Shown piece after piece: positions 27,813-40,757 of a stretch of 64,000 nt of DNA; the first letter of the stretch is position 1; every line of letters starts with the position of its first letter. Source of the DNA: Planctomycetota bacterium (GTDB lineage: Bacteria > Planctomycetota > UBA1135 > UBA2386). The position numbers were made by a program, and so were the translations under genes. The stretch is from the NCBI GenBank assembly GCA_965223545.1, contig OZ245006.1, positions 7,264,001 through 7,328,000 on the forward strand, given 5' to 3'. The notes under the pieces were generated by a model. The model did no database searches. It was given only the letters and a program-made list of their open reading frames with translations, and was not told the DNA's origin.

Positions 27813-29066
27813 ATGGCGCGCACCGCAAAGCCGAAGATCACCAAGGAGCTGGTCGAGCAGCTGCCGAAGTCCGACCTGCACGTGCATCTCGACGGCAGCA
27901 TGCGGCTGGAGACGCTGATCGAGCTGGCGAAGGAGCGCCGCGTCAAGCTGCCGAGTGCGACCCCATCCGGCCTGCGTCGTACCGTCTTCAAGCGCGCCTA
28001 CCAGAACCTGCCCGAATACCTCAAGGGTTTCGAGTTCACCGTCGCCTGCCTCCAGGACGCCGAGGCGTTGGAGCGGGCCGCCTACGAGCTGTGCTGGGAC
28101 TGCATCGCCGAGAACGTCTACTACGTCGAGATCCGGTTCGCGCCGCAGCTGCACGTGCGGGGTGCGTTCGATCTGCGCCAGGTGTTGCGCGCGGTCTCGC
28201 GCGGCGCCGATCGCGCGCGCGCCGAGATCAACCGCACTCCCGAGATCCGCTCCGGCGCGCGTCCCGAATTCGCCTGCGGCATCATCGTCTGTGCGATGCG
28301 CTACTTCGAGCCGTTCTTCTCCGAGCACTACGGCAGCTACTTCGACGCGCTGCGCACGGCGCCGCGGGCGACGATCTACGCGCTGGCTTCGATGGAGCTG
28401 GCGCGGGCGACGGTGCAGGCGGCGGAAGAGGACGGGCTGCCGGTGGTCGGGCTCGATCTGGCCGGGCAGGAGCGCGGCTTTCCGGCCAAGGACCACCAGG
28501 CGGCCTATCAGCTGGTGCACGATCACTTTCTCGGCAAGACCGTGCACGCCGGCGAGGACTACGGGCCCGAGTCGATCTTTCAGGCGATCACCGACCTGCA
28601 CGCCGACCGCATCGGGCACGGCACTTGGTTGTTCTCGACGAAGCACATCCAGGACCGTGCGATCCGGGATCGCAAGGCCTACGTCGATGCGCTGGTGCGC
28701 TATGTGGCCGACCGGCGGATCACGCTGGAGGTGTGCTTGACCAGCAACCAGCAGACCATTCCCGAACTGCGCGATCGGCTCGACCGGCACCCGTTCCGCC
28801 ACATGCGGCGTGCGCGCCTGAGTGTGGCGCTGTGTACCGATAACCGCTTGGTTTCACGGACGACCGTAACCAACGAAGTGTGGAAGGCGGTGGAGACCTT
28901 CCGCCTGACCCCCAAGGAGCTGAAGAACGTGCTGATCTACGGCTTCAAGCGGTCTTTTTATCGAGGCACATACCCGGAGAAGCGCCGCTACATCCGGAAC
29001 GTGTTGGATCATCTCGAGGCCACCATGCTGGCGCACGGGTTCGAGGTGCGCGAGGGGCGCGCGTGA
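27813..29066 (+). CDS. add: Adenosine deaminase family protein
   Basis: DLHVHLDGS, TVHAGE, RIGHG, EVCLTSN, TDN. Confidence 0.9.
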   Translation: MARTAKPKITKELVEQLPKSDLHVHLDGSMRLETLIELAKERRVKLPSATPSGLRRTVFKRAYQNLPEYLKGFEFTVACLQDAEALERAAYELCWDCIAENVYYVEIRFAPQLHVRGAFDLRQVLRAVSRGADRARAEINRTPEIRSGARPEFACGIIVCAMRYFEPFFSEHYGSYFDALRTAPRATIYALASMELARATVQAAEEDGLPVVGLDLAGQERGFPAKDHQAAYQLVHDHFLGKTVHAGEDYGPESIFQAITDLHADRIGHGTWLFSTKHIQDRAIRDRKAYVDALVRYVADRRITLEVCLTSNQQTIPELRDRLDRHPFRHMRRARLSVALCTDNRLVSRTTVTNEVWKAVETFRLTPKELKNVLIYGFKRSFYRGTYPEKRRYIRNVLDHLEATMLAHGFEVREGRA

Positions 29067-29249
29067 TCTCGCGGGCGCGGTGGGCGACGGTGGCATCGCG
29101 CGCTGGGCACCGCCCCGGTTTGCCCGACGACGCTGCCCGATTCTGCTATTCTGGGTAGCGCTGAATGCACGCGCATGGAGGCGCGTGGCCGCCTGCCTGA
29201 ACGGCGGGAAGGACTGTCCCATCGCCGGAGCCCCCCCCGAATTTCACCC

Positions 29250-32200
29250 ATGCGCAAGTCGATCGCCCTGGCCGTTTTTGGTGCCGCATGTACGGCGCCG
29301 CTCGCCGCACAGTTCCCCACCCTGATCAAGGACATCAACGCGACCGTGCGGACTTCGACGGATCCCAGCTCCAACCCGCGCGGCTTCGCGCGGGCGGGCG
29401 GACCGCTGGTGTTCGCGGCGCAGACGTCGAGCGTCGGCGTCGAGCTGTTCTTCACGGCTGGCGCACCCGGCACGACGCTGCTGGTCCGAGACATCTTCCC
29501 CGGTGTGTCGAGCTCCAACCCCCGGCAGATCACGCCCGTCGGCAACCGGGCGTTCTTCATCGCCAACGACGGCGTCGCCGGCGATGAGCTGTGGGTCACC
29601 GACGGCACCGCATCGGGCACGCGGCTGGTCGTCGATCTGGTGCCGGGGCTGCAGAGCTCGGGGCCGGCGGAGCTGACCGAGATGGGCGGAGTGCTCTACT
29701 TCGTCGCGTCGGACGCGCTCAGTGGCCGTGAGCTGTGGCGTTCGGACGGCACCGCCGCGGGCACCGTGCGGGTCGCGGACCTACGGCCGGGCCCGTTGAG
29801 CGCGCTGCCGGCATCGCTCGAGGCGGTCGGCAACCAGCTCTACTTCCGCGCCAACGACGGTGCCACCGGCGCGGAGCTGTGGGTCACGAACGGCACGGCG
29901 GCCAGCACGCGGCTCGTGGCGGACATCGTCGCGGGTGTGCAGGGCTCATCTCCTGCGGGGCTGACCGCTGTCGGCACCGAGGTCTACTTCCGCGCTGATG
30001 ACGGGCAGAACGGCGTCGAGCTTTGGCGCAGCAACGGCACCTCGGCCGGCACCCGGCTCGTGCGCGACGTGATGCCCGGCGCGGGTGGCTCTTCGCCGTC
30101 GTCCTTCACCGAGCAGGGCGGCGTGCTCTACTTCACCGCGAACGACGGCACAAACGGCGCCGAGCTCTGGCGTTCCGACGGCTCGTTCGGCGGTACGTTC
30201 ATGCTGCGCGACATCCGAGTCGGCAGCGGCGGCTCGTCTCCCGGCGAGCTGACGCCCCTGCAGAACTCGGTGTTGTTCTCAGCCGACGACGGCGTGTCGG
30301 GCATCGAGCTCTGGATCACCGACGGCACGCAGAACGGCACCCTGTTGGTGCGCGACATCAACGTCGGCAGCGTGTCGTCCAACCCCGCGGCGCTGTTCGT
30401 GTCGGGTACGACCGCGTACTTCCGGGCCACCGACGGCACCGGCGGGGTCGAGCTCTGGCGGACCAATGGCACCACGGCGAGCACGGCGCAGATGGTCGAC
30501 ATCAATCCGGGCTCCAGCAGTTCGACCCCGGGTGAGTTCACCACTGTGAGCGGTAATCGCTTCGTGTTCTCCGCCAACAATGGTCGGGTCGGCAGCGAGC
30601 TGTGGACCAGCGACGGCACCGTCGCCGGCACCGTACTGCTCGAGAACATCAACCGCGGAGCAGCGCCGACGACCTTGTCGTCGAACGCGGGCGGAATGAT
30701 CGATTTCCTCGGGTTCACCGTGTTCACCGCCAACGACGGGATCGCGGGCGATGAGGTCTGGGTGAGCGATGGCACGGCGGCCGGGACGCGGCTGTTGGCC
30801 GACATCCAGGTCGGCGCGGGTGGTTCGGGGCCGGGTGAGTACACCCTGGTCGGCAACCGCGTCTACTTCGCCGCCGACGACGGCGTCGCCGGCGACGAGC
30901 TTTGGGTGACCGACGGCACCGGCCCTGGCACTCGGCTGGTGGCCGACGTCGCGGTCGGCGCATCGAGTTCGGCGCCGATCGAGTTGGTCGGCATCGAGGA
31001 CCGCCTGTTCTTCAGCGCGGTCGATACGATCAGCGGGCGGGAGCTTTGGGTGTCCGACGGCACGTCCGGCGGCACCACCCTGGTGCGCGACATCAACCCC
31101 GGCATTGCCAGCTCGACTCCGTCGCAGCTCGTCGACGTCAACGGAACGCTCTTGTTCTCGGCGAACAACGGCACCAGCGGCACCGAACTGTGGCGGAGCA
31201 ACGGTTCGCCGGCAGGCACCTTCCTGTTGGCGGACATCGCCGCAGGGGCGTCCAGCTCGAGTCCGCAGAACATGACCGTGGTCGACAACCGCGCGTTCTT
31301 CAGCGCGACCGACGGCAGCGTCGGACGCGAGCTCTACGTCTCCGACGGCACGGTGGCCGGCACGCAGCTGGTGGCCGATATCGTCACCGGCTCGGGCTCC
31401 TCCAACCCCTCGCAGCTGGCGGCCGTCGGCGGATCGCTGTTCTTTGCGGTGGACGATGGCAGCGTCGGCAACGAGCTGTGGATCTCCGATGGCACGGCGT
31501 CGGGCACTTCTTTGGTGCGCGACATCAATCCGGGCCTGGGCTCGTCGTCCAACCCGGCGGAGATCGTCGACAGCTTCGGCATCGCGGTGTTTGCGGCCGA
31601 TGACGGCACCAACGGCCGCGAGCTGTGGGCCAGCGACGGGACCGCTGCCGGCACCTCGATGATCGCCGACATCAACAGCTCGGCGTCCAGCACGAGCTCC
31701 AACCCCAACGCGCTGACCGCGGTCGGCGAGCGCTTCGTCTACTTCTACGCCGATGAGGGCCTCGGCTCCGGCGGCGAGCCGTTCGTCTCGGACGGCACCG
31801 CGTCGGGGACGTTCCAGCTCTCCGATCTGCGGCCGGGCAGCTCGTCGTCGTTCTGCGCCAATGGCACCAGCACGCCGGCCCAACCGACGCACTTCGTGCT
31901 CTCGGGCGGCCAGGTGCAGTTCTTCGCCGACGACGGCACGGTCGGCTGCGAGCCGTGGGTGACCAACACCGGCGCTTCGAGCCAAGCGGTCGGCGACCCG
32001 TGTGGTGCCACCCAGCGGCCTTGGTTGTCGACCGGTGACCCGGTGCTCGGCTCGGGGATGCAGGTCCGGTTGCGCGAAGCCGCGCCCGGCACCGTTGGCG
32101 TCCTGCTGCTGGGTCTGGAAGGGCGCGGTGTGCCGTTCTTCGGCTGCCGGCTCTACATCAACCCCGCTACCCTGACGTCCCTGTTCACGCTGCTGCCGAC

Positions 32201-32348
32201 CGGAGGCGCGTGGGCTGGCTCGCTGCCGATGCCAGCCAATGCGTCGTTGATCGGTGCGCGCGCCGGCGTGCAGATGGCGGTCGGTCCGACCGCGAGGCCG
32301 CTCAACGTCGACCTCACCAACGGTGTCATCCTGACGCTCGGATTCTGA
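29250..32348 (+). CDS. Secreted ELWxxDGT repeat protein
   Basis: Roughly 18 tandem ~48-aa repeats with ELW-x-(S/T)-(D/N)-GT; signal peptide. Confidence 0.95.
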   Translation: MRKSIALAVFGAACTAPLAAQFPTLIKDINATVRTSTDPSSNPRGFARAGGPLVFAAQTSSVGVELFFTAGAPGTTLLVRDIFPGVSSSNPRQITPVGNRAFFIANDGVAGDELWVTDGTASGTRLVVDLVPGLQSSGPAELTEMGGVLYFVASDALSGRELWRSDGTAAGTVRVADLRPGPLSALPASLEAVGNQLYFRANDGATGAELWVTNGTAASTRLVADIVAGVQGSSPAGLTAVGTEVYFRADDGQNGVELWRSNGTSAGTRLVRDVMPGAGGSSPSSFTEQGGVLYFTANDGTNGAELWRSDGSFGGTFMLRDIRVGSGGSSPGELTPLQNSVLFSADDGVSGIELWITDGTQNGTLLVRDINVGSVSSNPAALFVSGTTAYFRATDGTGGVELWRTNGTTASTAQMVDINPGSSSSTPGEFTTVSGNRFVFSANNGRVGSELWTSDGTVAGTVLLENINRGAAPTTLSSNAGGMIDFLGFTVFTANDGIAGDEVWVSDGTAAGTRLLADIQVGAGGSGPGEYTLVGNRVYFAADDGVAGDELWVTDGTGPGTRLVADVAVGASSSAPIELVGIEDRLFFSAVDTISGRELWVSDGTSGGTTLVRDINPGIASSTPSQLVDVNGTLLFSANNGTSGTELWRSNGSPAGTFLLADIAAGASSSSPQNMTVVDNRAFFSATDGSVGRELYVSDGTVAGTQLVADIVTGSGSSNPSQLAAVGGSLFFAVDDGSVGNELWISDGTASGTSLVRDINPGLGSSSNPAEIVDSFGIAVFAADDGTNGRELWASDGTAAGTSMIADINSSASSTSSNPNALTAVGERFVYFYADEGLGSGGEPFVSDGTASGTFQLSDLRPGSSSSFCANGTSTPAQPTHFVLSGGQVQFFADDGTVGCEPWVTNTGASSQAVGDPCGATQRPWLSTGDPVLGSGMQVRLREAAPGTVGVLLLGLEGRGVPFFGCRLYINPATLTSLFTLLPTGGAWAGSLPMPANASLIGARAGVQMAVGPTARPLNVDLTNGVILTLGF

Positions 32349-32438
32349 CCGAGCCAGCGGCCGGGCGCGGAGACGTGATCTCTGCCGCCCGGCGTCTGGC
32401 CCCGGCCGGCCCGCCGCTCTACTGTCGCGCGTCGCGCG

Positions 32439-33539
32439 ATGAGCAGTGAACCCATGGCTGTTGCCACCGTCGGCGGAGCGAGCGCCGAGCGCGTCTTGGT
32501 GGTCGAACCACAGCACCACTCTCGAGGTGGCAAGCACACGCTGGCGCCGCAGCGCCTGTTGGCGGGCGGCAGCGCCGTCAACCAAGCCTGTCGACTGCTC
32601 GCCACGGGCCATTCGGTGCAGCCGATCGTGCCGCTGTGCCGCGACGCCTTCGGCGCGGTCGTCGAGGCTGCCATGGTCGACGCGGCCGGTCGCGGTGGTG
32701 GACGCTTGCACGACGAGGCCCTGTTTCTGTCCGACGGGGACGCGACGCCGTTCACGACGATCGTCTCGGTCGGCGCCGAGCGCACCATCTACACCGAGTT
32801 CTCCGAGGACTTGTTCGCGCCGTTCGACCGCCACATCGAGTCTTGTCTGCGTGGCCGGTCGGGACGGGATACCGGTGCCCTACTGGTCGGACACCTGCAC
32901 TGTGATCGGTCGCGGCCGCCGGGGCGCGCCGGCGAGGTGTCGCGGCGTTCGGTGCGCGAGGCGCGTGCAGCGGGGATCCCGGTGTTCGTCAACCCGGGCT
33001 CGTCGCAGTATCGCCAGGGCGCGGCGACCCTGCTCGATGTGCTGGACGACGTGACCTGCTTTCAACTCGACCTCGAGGAGATGCGCGCGTTCGTCGGTGG
33101 GGCGGGTCCGCGGCCGCGGTTGGTCGACATTCTCGATTGGTTTCGCGGCAAGTGCACCGTAGTGGTGACCTTGGAGAGGATGGGAGCGGTGGGCCAGCGC
33201 GTCGGGTCGTCGCGAGTCGTGTTGACCTGGCCGTACGAGATCCAGACGGTGGACACCACCGGCGCTGGGGATGCGTTCGCCGCGGGACTGGTCGCCGGCA
33301 TGCTGGAACGGCCGTGGGACGACGACGATGCGTTTGCCGCGGCGATGGCGCGCGGCGGCCTGTATGCGGCGCACGCCTGCACCACCCCTGGCGGCGCCGA
33401 CCAGTGCCCGACCGAGGGAGAGCTGGAGGCGTTCCGCGCCGCCCGTGGCCGCGTGCTCGACACCGAGGTCACCGAGGTGGCGCAGGCGGGCAGGCTGCTG
33501 CAGCTGCTCGACCGCGCGTTCCCGCCGCGTGGTGCTTGA
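32439..33539 (+). CDS. PfkB family carbohydrate kinase
   Basis: GGSAVN and DTTGAGDAFAAG. Confidence 0.85.
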   Translation: MSSEPMAVATVGGASAERVLVVEPQHHSRGGKHTLAPQRLLAGGSAVNQACRLLATGHSVQPIVPLCRDAFGAVVEAAMVDAAGRGGGRLHDEALFLSDGDATPFTTIVSVGAERTIYTEFSEDLFAPFDRHIESCLRGRSGRDTGALLVGHLHCDRSRPPGRAGEVSRRSVREARAAGIPVFVNPGSSQYRQGAATLLDVLDDVTCFQLDLEEMRAFVGGAGPRPRLVDILDWFRGKCTVVVTLERMGAVGQRVGSSRVVLTWPYEIQTVDTTGAGDAFAAGLVAGMLERPWDDDDAFAAAMARGGLYAAHACTTPGGADQCPTEGELEAFRAARGRVLDTEVTEVAQAGRLLQLLDRAFPPRGA

Positions 33540-33564
33540 GCGCGCTCGGATTGGCTGACTCGCC

Positions 33565-34410
33565 ATGCGCATCTACGCCCACTCGGACGTCCACGTCGAC
33601 TACGCCGCCAACCGGGAGTGCTTGGCCGCGTTGTCGGTTGCGCGCTATGGCGACGCTGGTTTGATCCTCGCCGGCGATGTATCGCACGATCTCGACCGAG
33701 TCGCCGAAGCCTTCGCGCTGCTGCGAGCCCGGTTCGGCTCGGTTGCCTACGTGCCCGGCAACCACGAGCTGTGGGTGCGGGACGGCGACGCCGCCGACTC
33801 GATGGCCAAGCTCGAGCAGTTGCTCGAGCTGGCACGCGCGCACGATGTGGCCACCGAGCCGGTGCGCTGGGGCTCGGCCTGGGTGGTGCCGCTGCACTCC
33901 TGGTATACAAAGCCGGAGCAGGGCGAAGACTCGCTCTATCTGACCAAGCCCGGCGAGGACGCCAGTCTGCGCATGTGGAGCGACGAGGTCTTCCTGCGTT
34001 GGCCAGCCGCAATGCGAGAGTCGCCTGCGCAGCACATGCTCGCGCGGAATCGCGCAGCCCTGCGCCGCGATTACGACGCGCCGGTGATCACCTTCAGTCA
34101 CTTTCTCCCCCGCGCCGACCTGATCCGGCGCACGCAGAGTGAGATCGCGACCGAGGCGGTTCAGGTCGCCGATCGCCTGCCGGCCTTCAACTTCAGCCGG
34201 GTGGCCGGCACGGCGGCGTTGGACGTGCAGATCCGCCAGCTCGGCGCGCGCATCCACGTCTACGGTCACCAGCATCGCAACCGGGACCGGGTGGTGGACG
34301 GCGTGCGCTACGTCTCCCACTGCCTCGGCTACCCAAGCGAACGCCGCCACGGCGCGCCGGGCCCGGGCGCCGAGCAGCCACTGCTGATCTGGCCGCCGAC
34401 ACGGGTGTAG
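33565..34410 (+). CDS. Metallophosphoesterase (calcineurin-like)
   Basis: SDVH, AGD, PGNHE, GHQH motifs. Confidence 0.9.
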   Translation: MRIYAHSDVHVDYAANRECLAALSVARYGDAGLILAGDVSHDLDRVAEAFALLRARFGSVAYVPGNHELWVRDGDAADSMAKLEQLLELARAHDVATEPVRWGSAWVVPLHSWYTKPEQGEDSLYLTKPGEDASLRMWSDEVFLRWPAAMRESPAQHMLARNRAALRRDYDAPVITFSHFLPRADLIRRTQSEIATEAVQVADRLPAFNFSRVAGTAALDVQIRQLGARIHVYGHQHRNRDRVVDGVRYVSHCLGYPSERRHGAPGPGAEQPLLIWPPTRV

Positions 34411-34460
34411 GGGGCAGGGGGGCGCTGGCAGCCCGCAAGACGGATCGGTGTCGGCGTTGG

Positions 34461-36785
34461 CTACCGAACACTCACGTCGAGTCCCCGCGACATCGAAACG
34501 GTCGTGCCGACCGTGAGCAGCTGGGCGTACAGATGGGCGCTGCCCGGCAGCGGCAGCAGCGGCAAGGGCGCGCTCAGGGTGAACGACGTCTGTCCACCGG
34601 CGAGCTGGCGCACCAACGCGACATCCGGGCTGCATTCGAGTGTGCACGGCGCGCCCAACAACGGCCCCAGGTTGAGCGGGAAGGTTCCTGCGGCGTCCGC
34701 CTGTAGGCCCAAGACCAGCAAGGTGGCGGCGCCCGGCTCGATGGAGTCGGCGTGCAGCGCCAGCGTGCCACCGTTCACCGGGGGTTGAGTGGTGCGCAGC
34801 GTCGGAACGCCGGTTGGCCCCGGACAGCCTTGGCCGAAGGGGTTCCCGGTAGCGCTTTCGCGTTGCATGACGGCCACGATCTCGGCGGCGTCGAGGGGGT
34901 GGGCGTGGATGAGCAGGTTGTCGACGGTGAACAGGTTGCTGAAGCTGGGTTGCCTGCCCGGTGGTGCCCAGCGGCCGATCGAGAAGCCGTCGGCGAGCGT
35001 GTAGGAGTGCGTGCCCGGCGGGAACGATCGCTCTCCATCGAGCGTTCCGTCGACGTAGAACCGCATGACGCCTCTCGCATCGTCCACGACCAGTGCGATG
35101 TGGTGCCAGCCCAACGCCCTGCCGGCGTTGGAGGTGGTGCCGAGCCACGGTGTTGCGCTCGAGAGGTAGCCGATGCGGCGGCCGAACGGCCAGCTCGTTC
35201 CGAGTTGTGGCAGCAGCCGGAAGGAGCTGTCGTCCCATTCGATCTGGCCGCCCTGGAATCTCTGCCACCAGGAGATCGTCATCGACCTCAAGGTCAGTGG
35301 GTTCGGTACCGGGTAGGTGATCGTGTTGAAGGAGAAGCCACCGCTGGCCTCCGGCGGCCGGAACCCGGCGCTGGGGGCGGCGCCTCCCGGGTGGAACGGC
35401 AGCGAAGTGTCCACCTGAGATGCGAGTGCCTGGAACCGAGCGGTGTTGTAGACCTCCTGCGCGCCGACGTAGGGTGGGATGCCGCCCGGCTTCGGTCGCG
35501 CGACCTCGTTGAACTTCAGCTCGAGAATGTCGGCGGAGTTGCGGTTCCCGGTCGTCGGCAGGGGCGAGACCTCGACCGCACCGCGCACGGTCAGCCGGTC
35601 GGTTGGTGGCGTGGCGCCGGCTCCGCTGACCGTGAGCGTGACGTCGTAGCGGCCGGCCGTCCCGTAGGTCCATTGCGGATTCTGCACTGTCGAGTCGACG
35701 TTGCCGTCGCCGTCGAGGTCCCACGCCCAAGCCGTGGCCGGGCCGAAGCGGCTGCGGTCGAAGAACGACACCGTGTCGCCGCGGGCGGCGAAGCTGCCGT
35801 GGGCGGCGAAATCGGCCTCGATCTGATCGACGACGATGAAGTCGGCGCGGCGCAACGTGCGCGTGTTTTGCGCGTCGCTCACCGTCAAGCGGACGGTGTG
35901 GCGCCCGGTCCCGAAAGTCCACGTTGGCGCTGGTCCGGTGGCATCGGGTGTGCCGTCGTCGTCGAAGTCCCAGGCGAAGGCGGTGATGCCGCCCGGCGCC
36001 GTGCTCGACGAAACGTCGTTGAAGCGGACCTGGAGCGGGCCGGCCCCTGTGGTGACGTCCGCCGCGAAGTCGGGGACGAGGTCGACGAACGGCATGTAGT
36101 CGAAGTCGAGCACCAGGCCACACACTGGGTCGATGGTCGAGGCTTGGGCTGCCAGCGCGTTCGAAGGGTGTTCGATGCAGGTGGCAAACGCTTGTGTTGT
36201 CGGTTCGCCCGAAGTGACGGCGGCCGCTCCGATCACTTGCGCGCCGCCGCCGACCGACAGGACCTGGATGTCGACGGCAAGTGGTTGGCCCGAACGTGGG
36301 TCGTAGACGAACGCGGGCGAGAGCGGTAGGTCGACGATTGTGCTCGCGATCCCGACGTAGGGTTGCAGGAAGCCCGACGCAACGTTCACGCTGCCGCTGT
36401 GCACCAGAACGCGATCAGCGCCGTGGTTGGCCGCAAACTGCGCGCTCGGATTCTGGAAGCTGGACGGGCTGGTCGAGAGCGACACGTCGACCGACCCCAA
36501 GGAGCCGCCGCCCCACTGGCCGTTGTAGGACTCGTCGTGGCGCCAGCGCAGCCGCGTGATGCGAATCGGACCCTCGATCCCAAGCCGGCCGAAATGCCCC
36601 GCATCGTAGAGCGAGAGGGACCGGCAGGGTTGCTGGGTGTTGAACGGAAGCGCGCGGCCGGCAACAGGGTTGCCGCCGGCGCCAGCGGGGATGACGGCGC
36701 GCTGCGCGGGAAGCGTGCCTGCTCCGGTCAACAACGCGAGGCAGATGGAGACCACCGGGGTGTGGTGCCGTTGGGCACGAACCAT
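34461..36785 (-). CDS. Secreted PKD-domain / LamG-like protein
   Basis: Two PKD repeats (WDFDDDG, WDLDGDG), WHHIALV..FYVDG LamG motif, signal peptide. Confidence 0.85.
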   Translation of the reverse strand: MVRAQRHHTPVVSICLALLTGAGTLPAQRAVIPAGAGGNPVAGRALPFNTQQPCRSLSLYDAGHFGRLGIEGPIRITRLRWRHDESYNGQWGGGSLGSVDVSLSTSPSSFQNPSAQFAANHGADRVLVHSGSVNVASGFLQPYVGIASTIVDLPLSPAFVYDPRSGQPLAVDIQVLSVGGGAQVIGAAAVTSGEPTTQAFATCIEHPSNALAAQASTIDPVCGLVLDFDYMPFVDLVPDFAADVTTGAGPLQVRFNDVSSSTAPGGITAFAWDFDDDGTPDATGPAPTWTFGTGRHTVRLTVSDAQNTRTLRRADFIVVDQIEADFAAHGSFAARGDTVSFFDRSRFGPATAWAWDLDGDGNVDSTVQNPQWTYGTAGRYDVTLTVSGAGATPPTDRLTVRGAVEVSPLPTTGNRNSADILELKFNEVARPKPGGIPPYVGAQEVYNTARFQALASQVDTSLPFHPGGAAPSAGFRPPEASGGFSFNTITYPVPNPLTLRSMTISWWQRFQGGQIEWDDSSFRLLPQLGTSWPFGRRIGYLSSATPWLGTTSNAGRALGWHHIALVVDDARGVMRFYVDGTLDGERSFPPGTHSYTLADGFSIGRWAPPGRQPSFSNLFTVDNLLIHAHPLDAAEIVAVMQRESATGNPFGQGCPGPTGVPTLRTTQPPVNGGTLALHADSIEPGAATLLVLGLQADAAGTFPLNLGPLLGAPCTLECSPDVALVRQLAGGQTSFTLSAPLPLLPLPGSAHLYAQLLTVGTTVSMSRGLDVSVR

Positions 36786-36933
36786 GTTCTCTCCTTGGAG
36801 TCGCACGAGGTGGGGTCTCGGGAACCCTCGCTACATGCTACCACGGCGTCGGTGCTCCCATGACAGCGCGCGCGAGGAGCAACGTCTCGGGCCCGCGGCA
36901 GGTGATGAATCGGAGCCTGGCTCCGTACGTTCG

Positions 36934-40017
<3,084 letters not shown>

Positions 40018-40208
40018 GGCGGAAGTCGTGGCCTTGGCCGGGCCGATTCTAGGCGTAGCCCGCGCCACCGCACCACGCGGCCTCGGTGAACCAAGGGAGC
40101 GCCCGCCGGAAACACAAGATCGCGACAAACAGCCCGCGGCCGCGCGCCGCACTTCGCGGCGGGCGGGGTCGGAAGTCGTTGAGCGGGCGGGTTTTCGGAC
40201 GCGCGGCG

Positions 40209-40691
40209 TCAGGCGCTGGCGGCGGCGTCGCCGCGACTGCGCGGCGCGTGCTCGGCAGCGGCCTTGAGGTCGGCCAAGTCGCGCTGCACCTCATGCCGCA
40301 GCATCTTGATCATGGGACGGCTCAGCACCGACATGATCCTCGCCAGCAGCGACAGCGGCGTGGCTTCAAACGTCATCACCACGCGCGTGCCGCCGGCCTC
40401 CCCGGTGAACCGCAGCTCGCTCAAATAGCGGCAGCCGCAGCTATCGGCAGCGAGGGCGTAGCGGTGCGGTGGCTCGAACGCGACCACCTCCATCTCCTCC
40501 CGCGCCTCGCGCTTGAACATGCGCCGCGTCTCGACGAACCGTGTGCCGACTCCGACCGGTCCCTCGGTCAACATCTCGACCTTGATGATGCTGCCGATGC
40601 GCTCGGAGGCGTTGGCGAAGTCGGCGGCCAGGGCGAAGACCCGTTCGACCGGGGCCTGTACATGTTCGGTGATCTCGATCTTGGTCGGCAT
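40209..40691 (-). CDS. SRPBCC family protein
   Basis: APVERVF, GPVGVGTRF, GGTRV. Confidence 0.85.
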   Translation of the reverse strand: MPTKIEITEHVQAPVERVFALAADFANASERIGSIIKVEMLTEGPVGVGTRFVETRRMFKREAREEMEVVAFEPPHRYALAADSCGCRYLSELRFTGEAGGTRVVMTFEATPLSLLARIMSVLSRPMIKMLRHEVQRDLADLKAAAEHAPRSRGDAAASA

Positions 40692-40757
40692 CTGCGCTGT
40701 GTTCGGTGCTTCGGGGCGTGAGCCTATCGTCTCACCCGCCGAAAGACAGGCCGTCCG

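Noticed and set aside
29400..31960. Regularly spaced nucleotide repeats (GAGCTGTGG...GACGGCAC) resembling an array
   Set aside because: These are coding ELWxxDGT repeats with synonymous variation; no CRISPR array or cas genes were seen in the window
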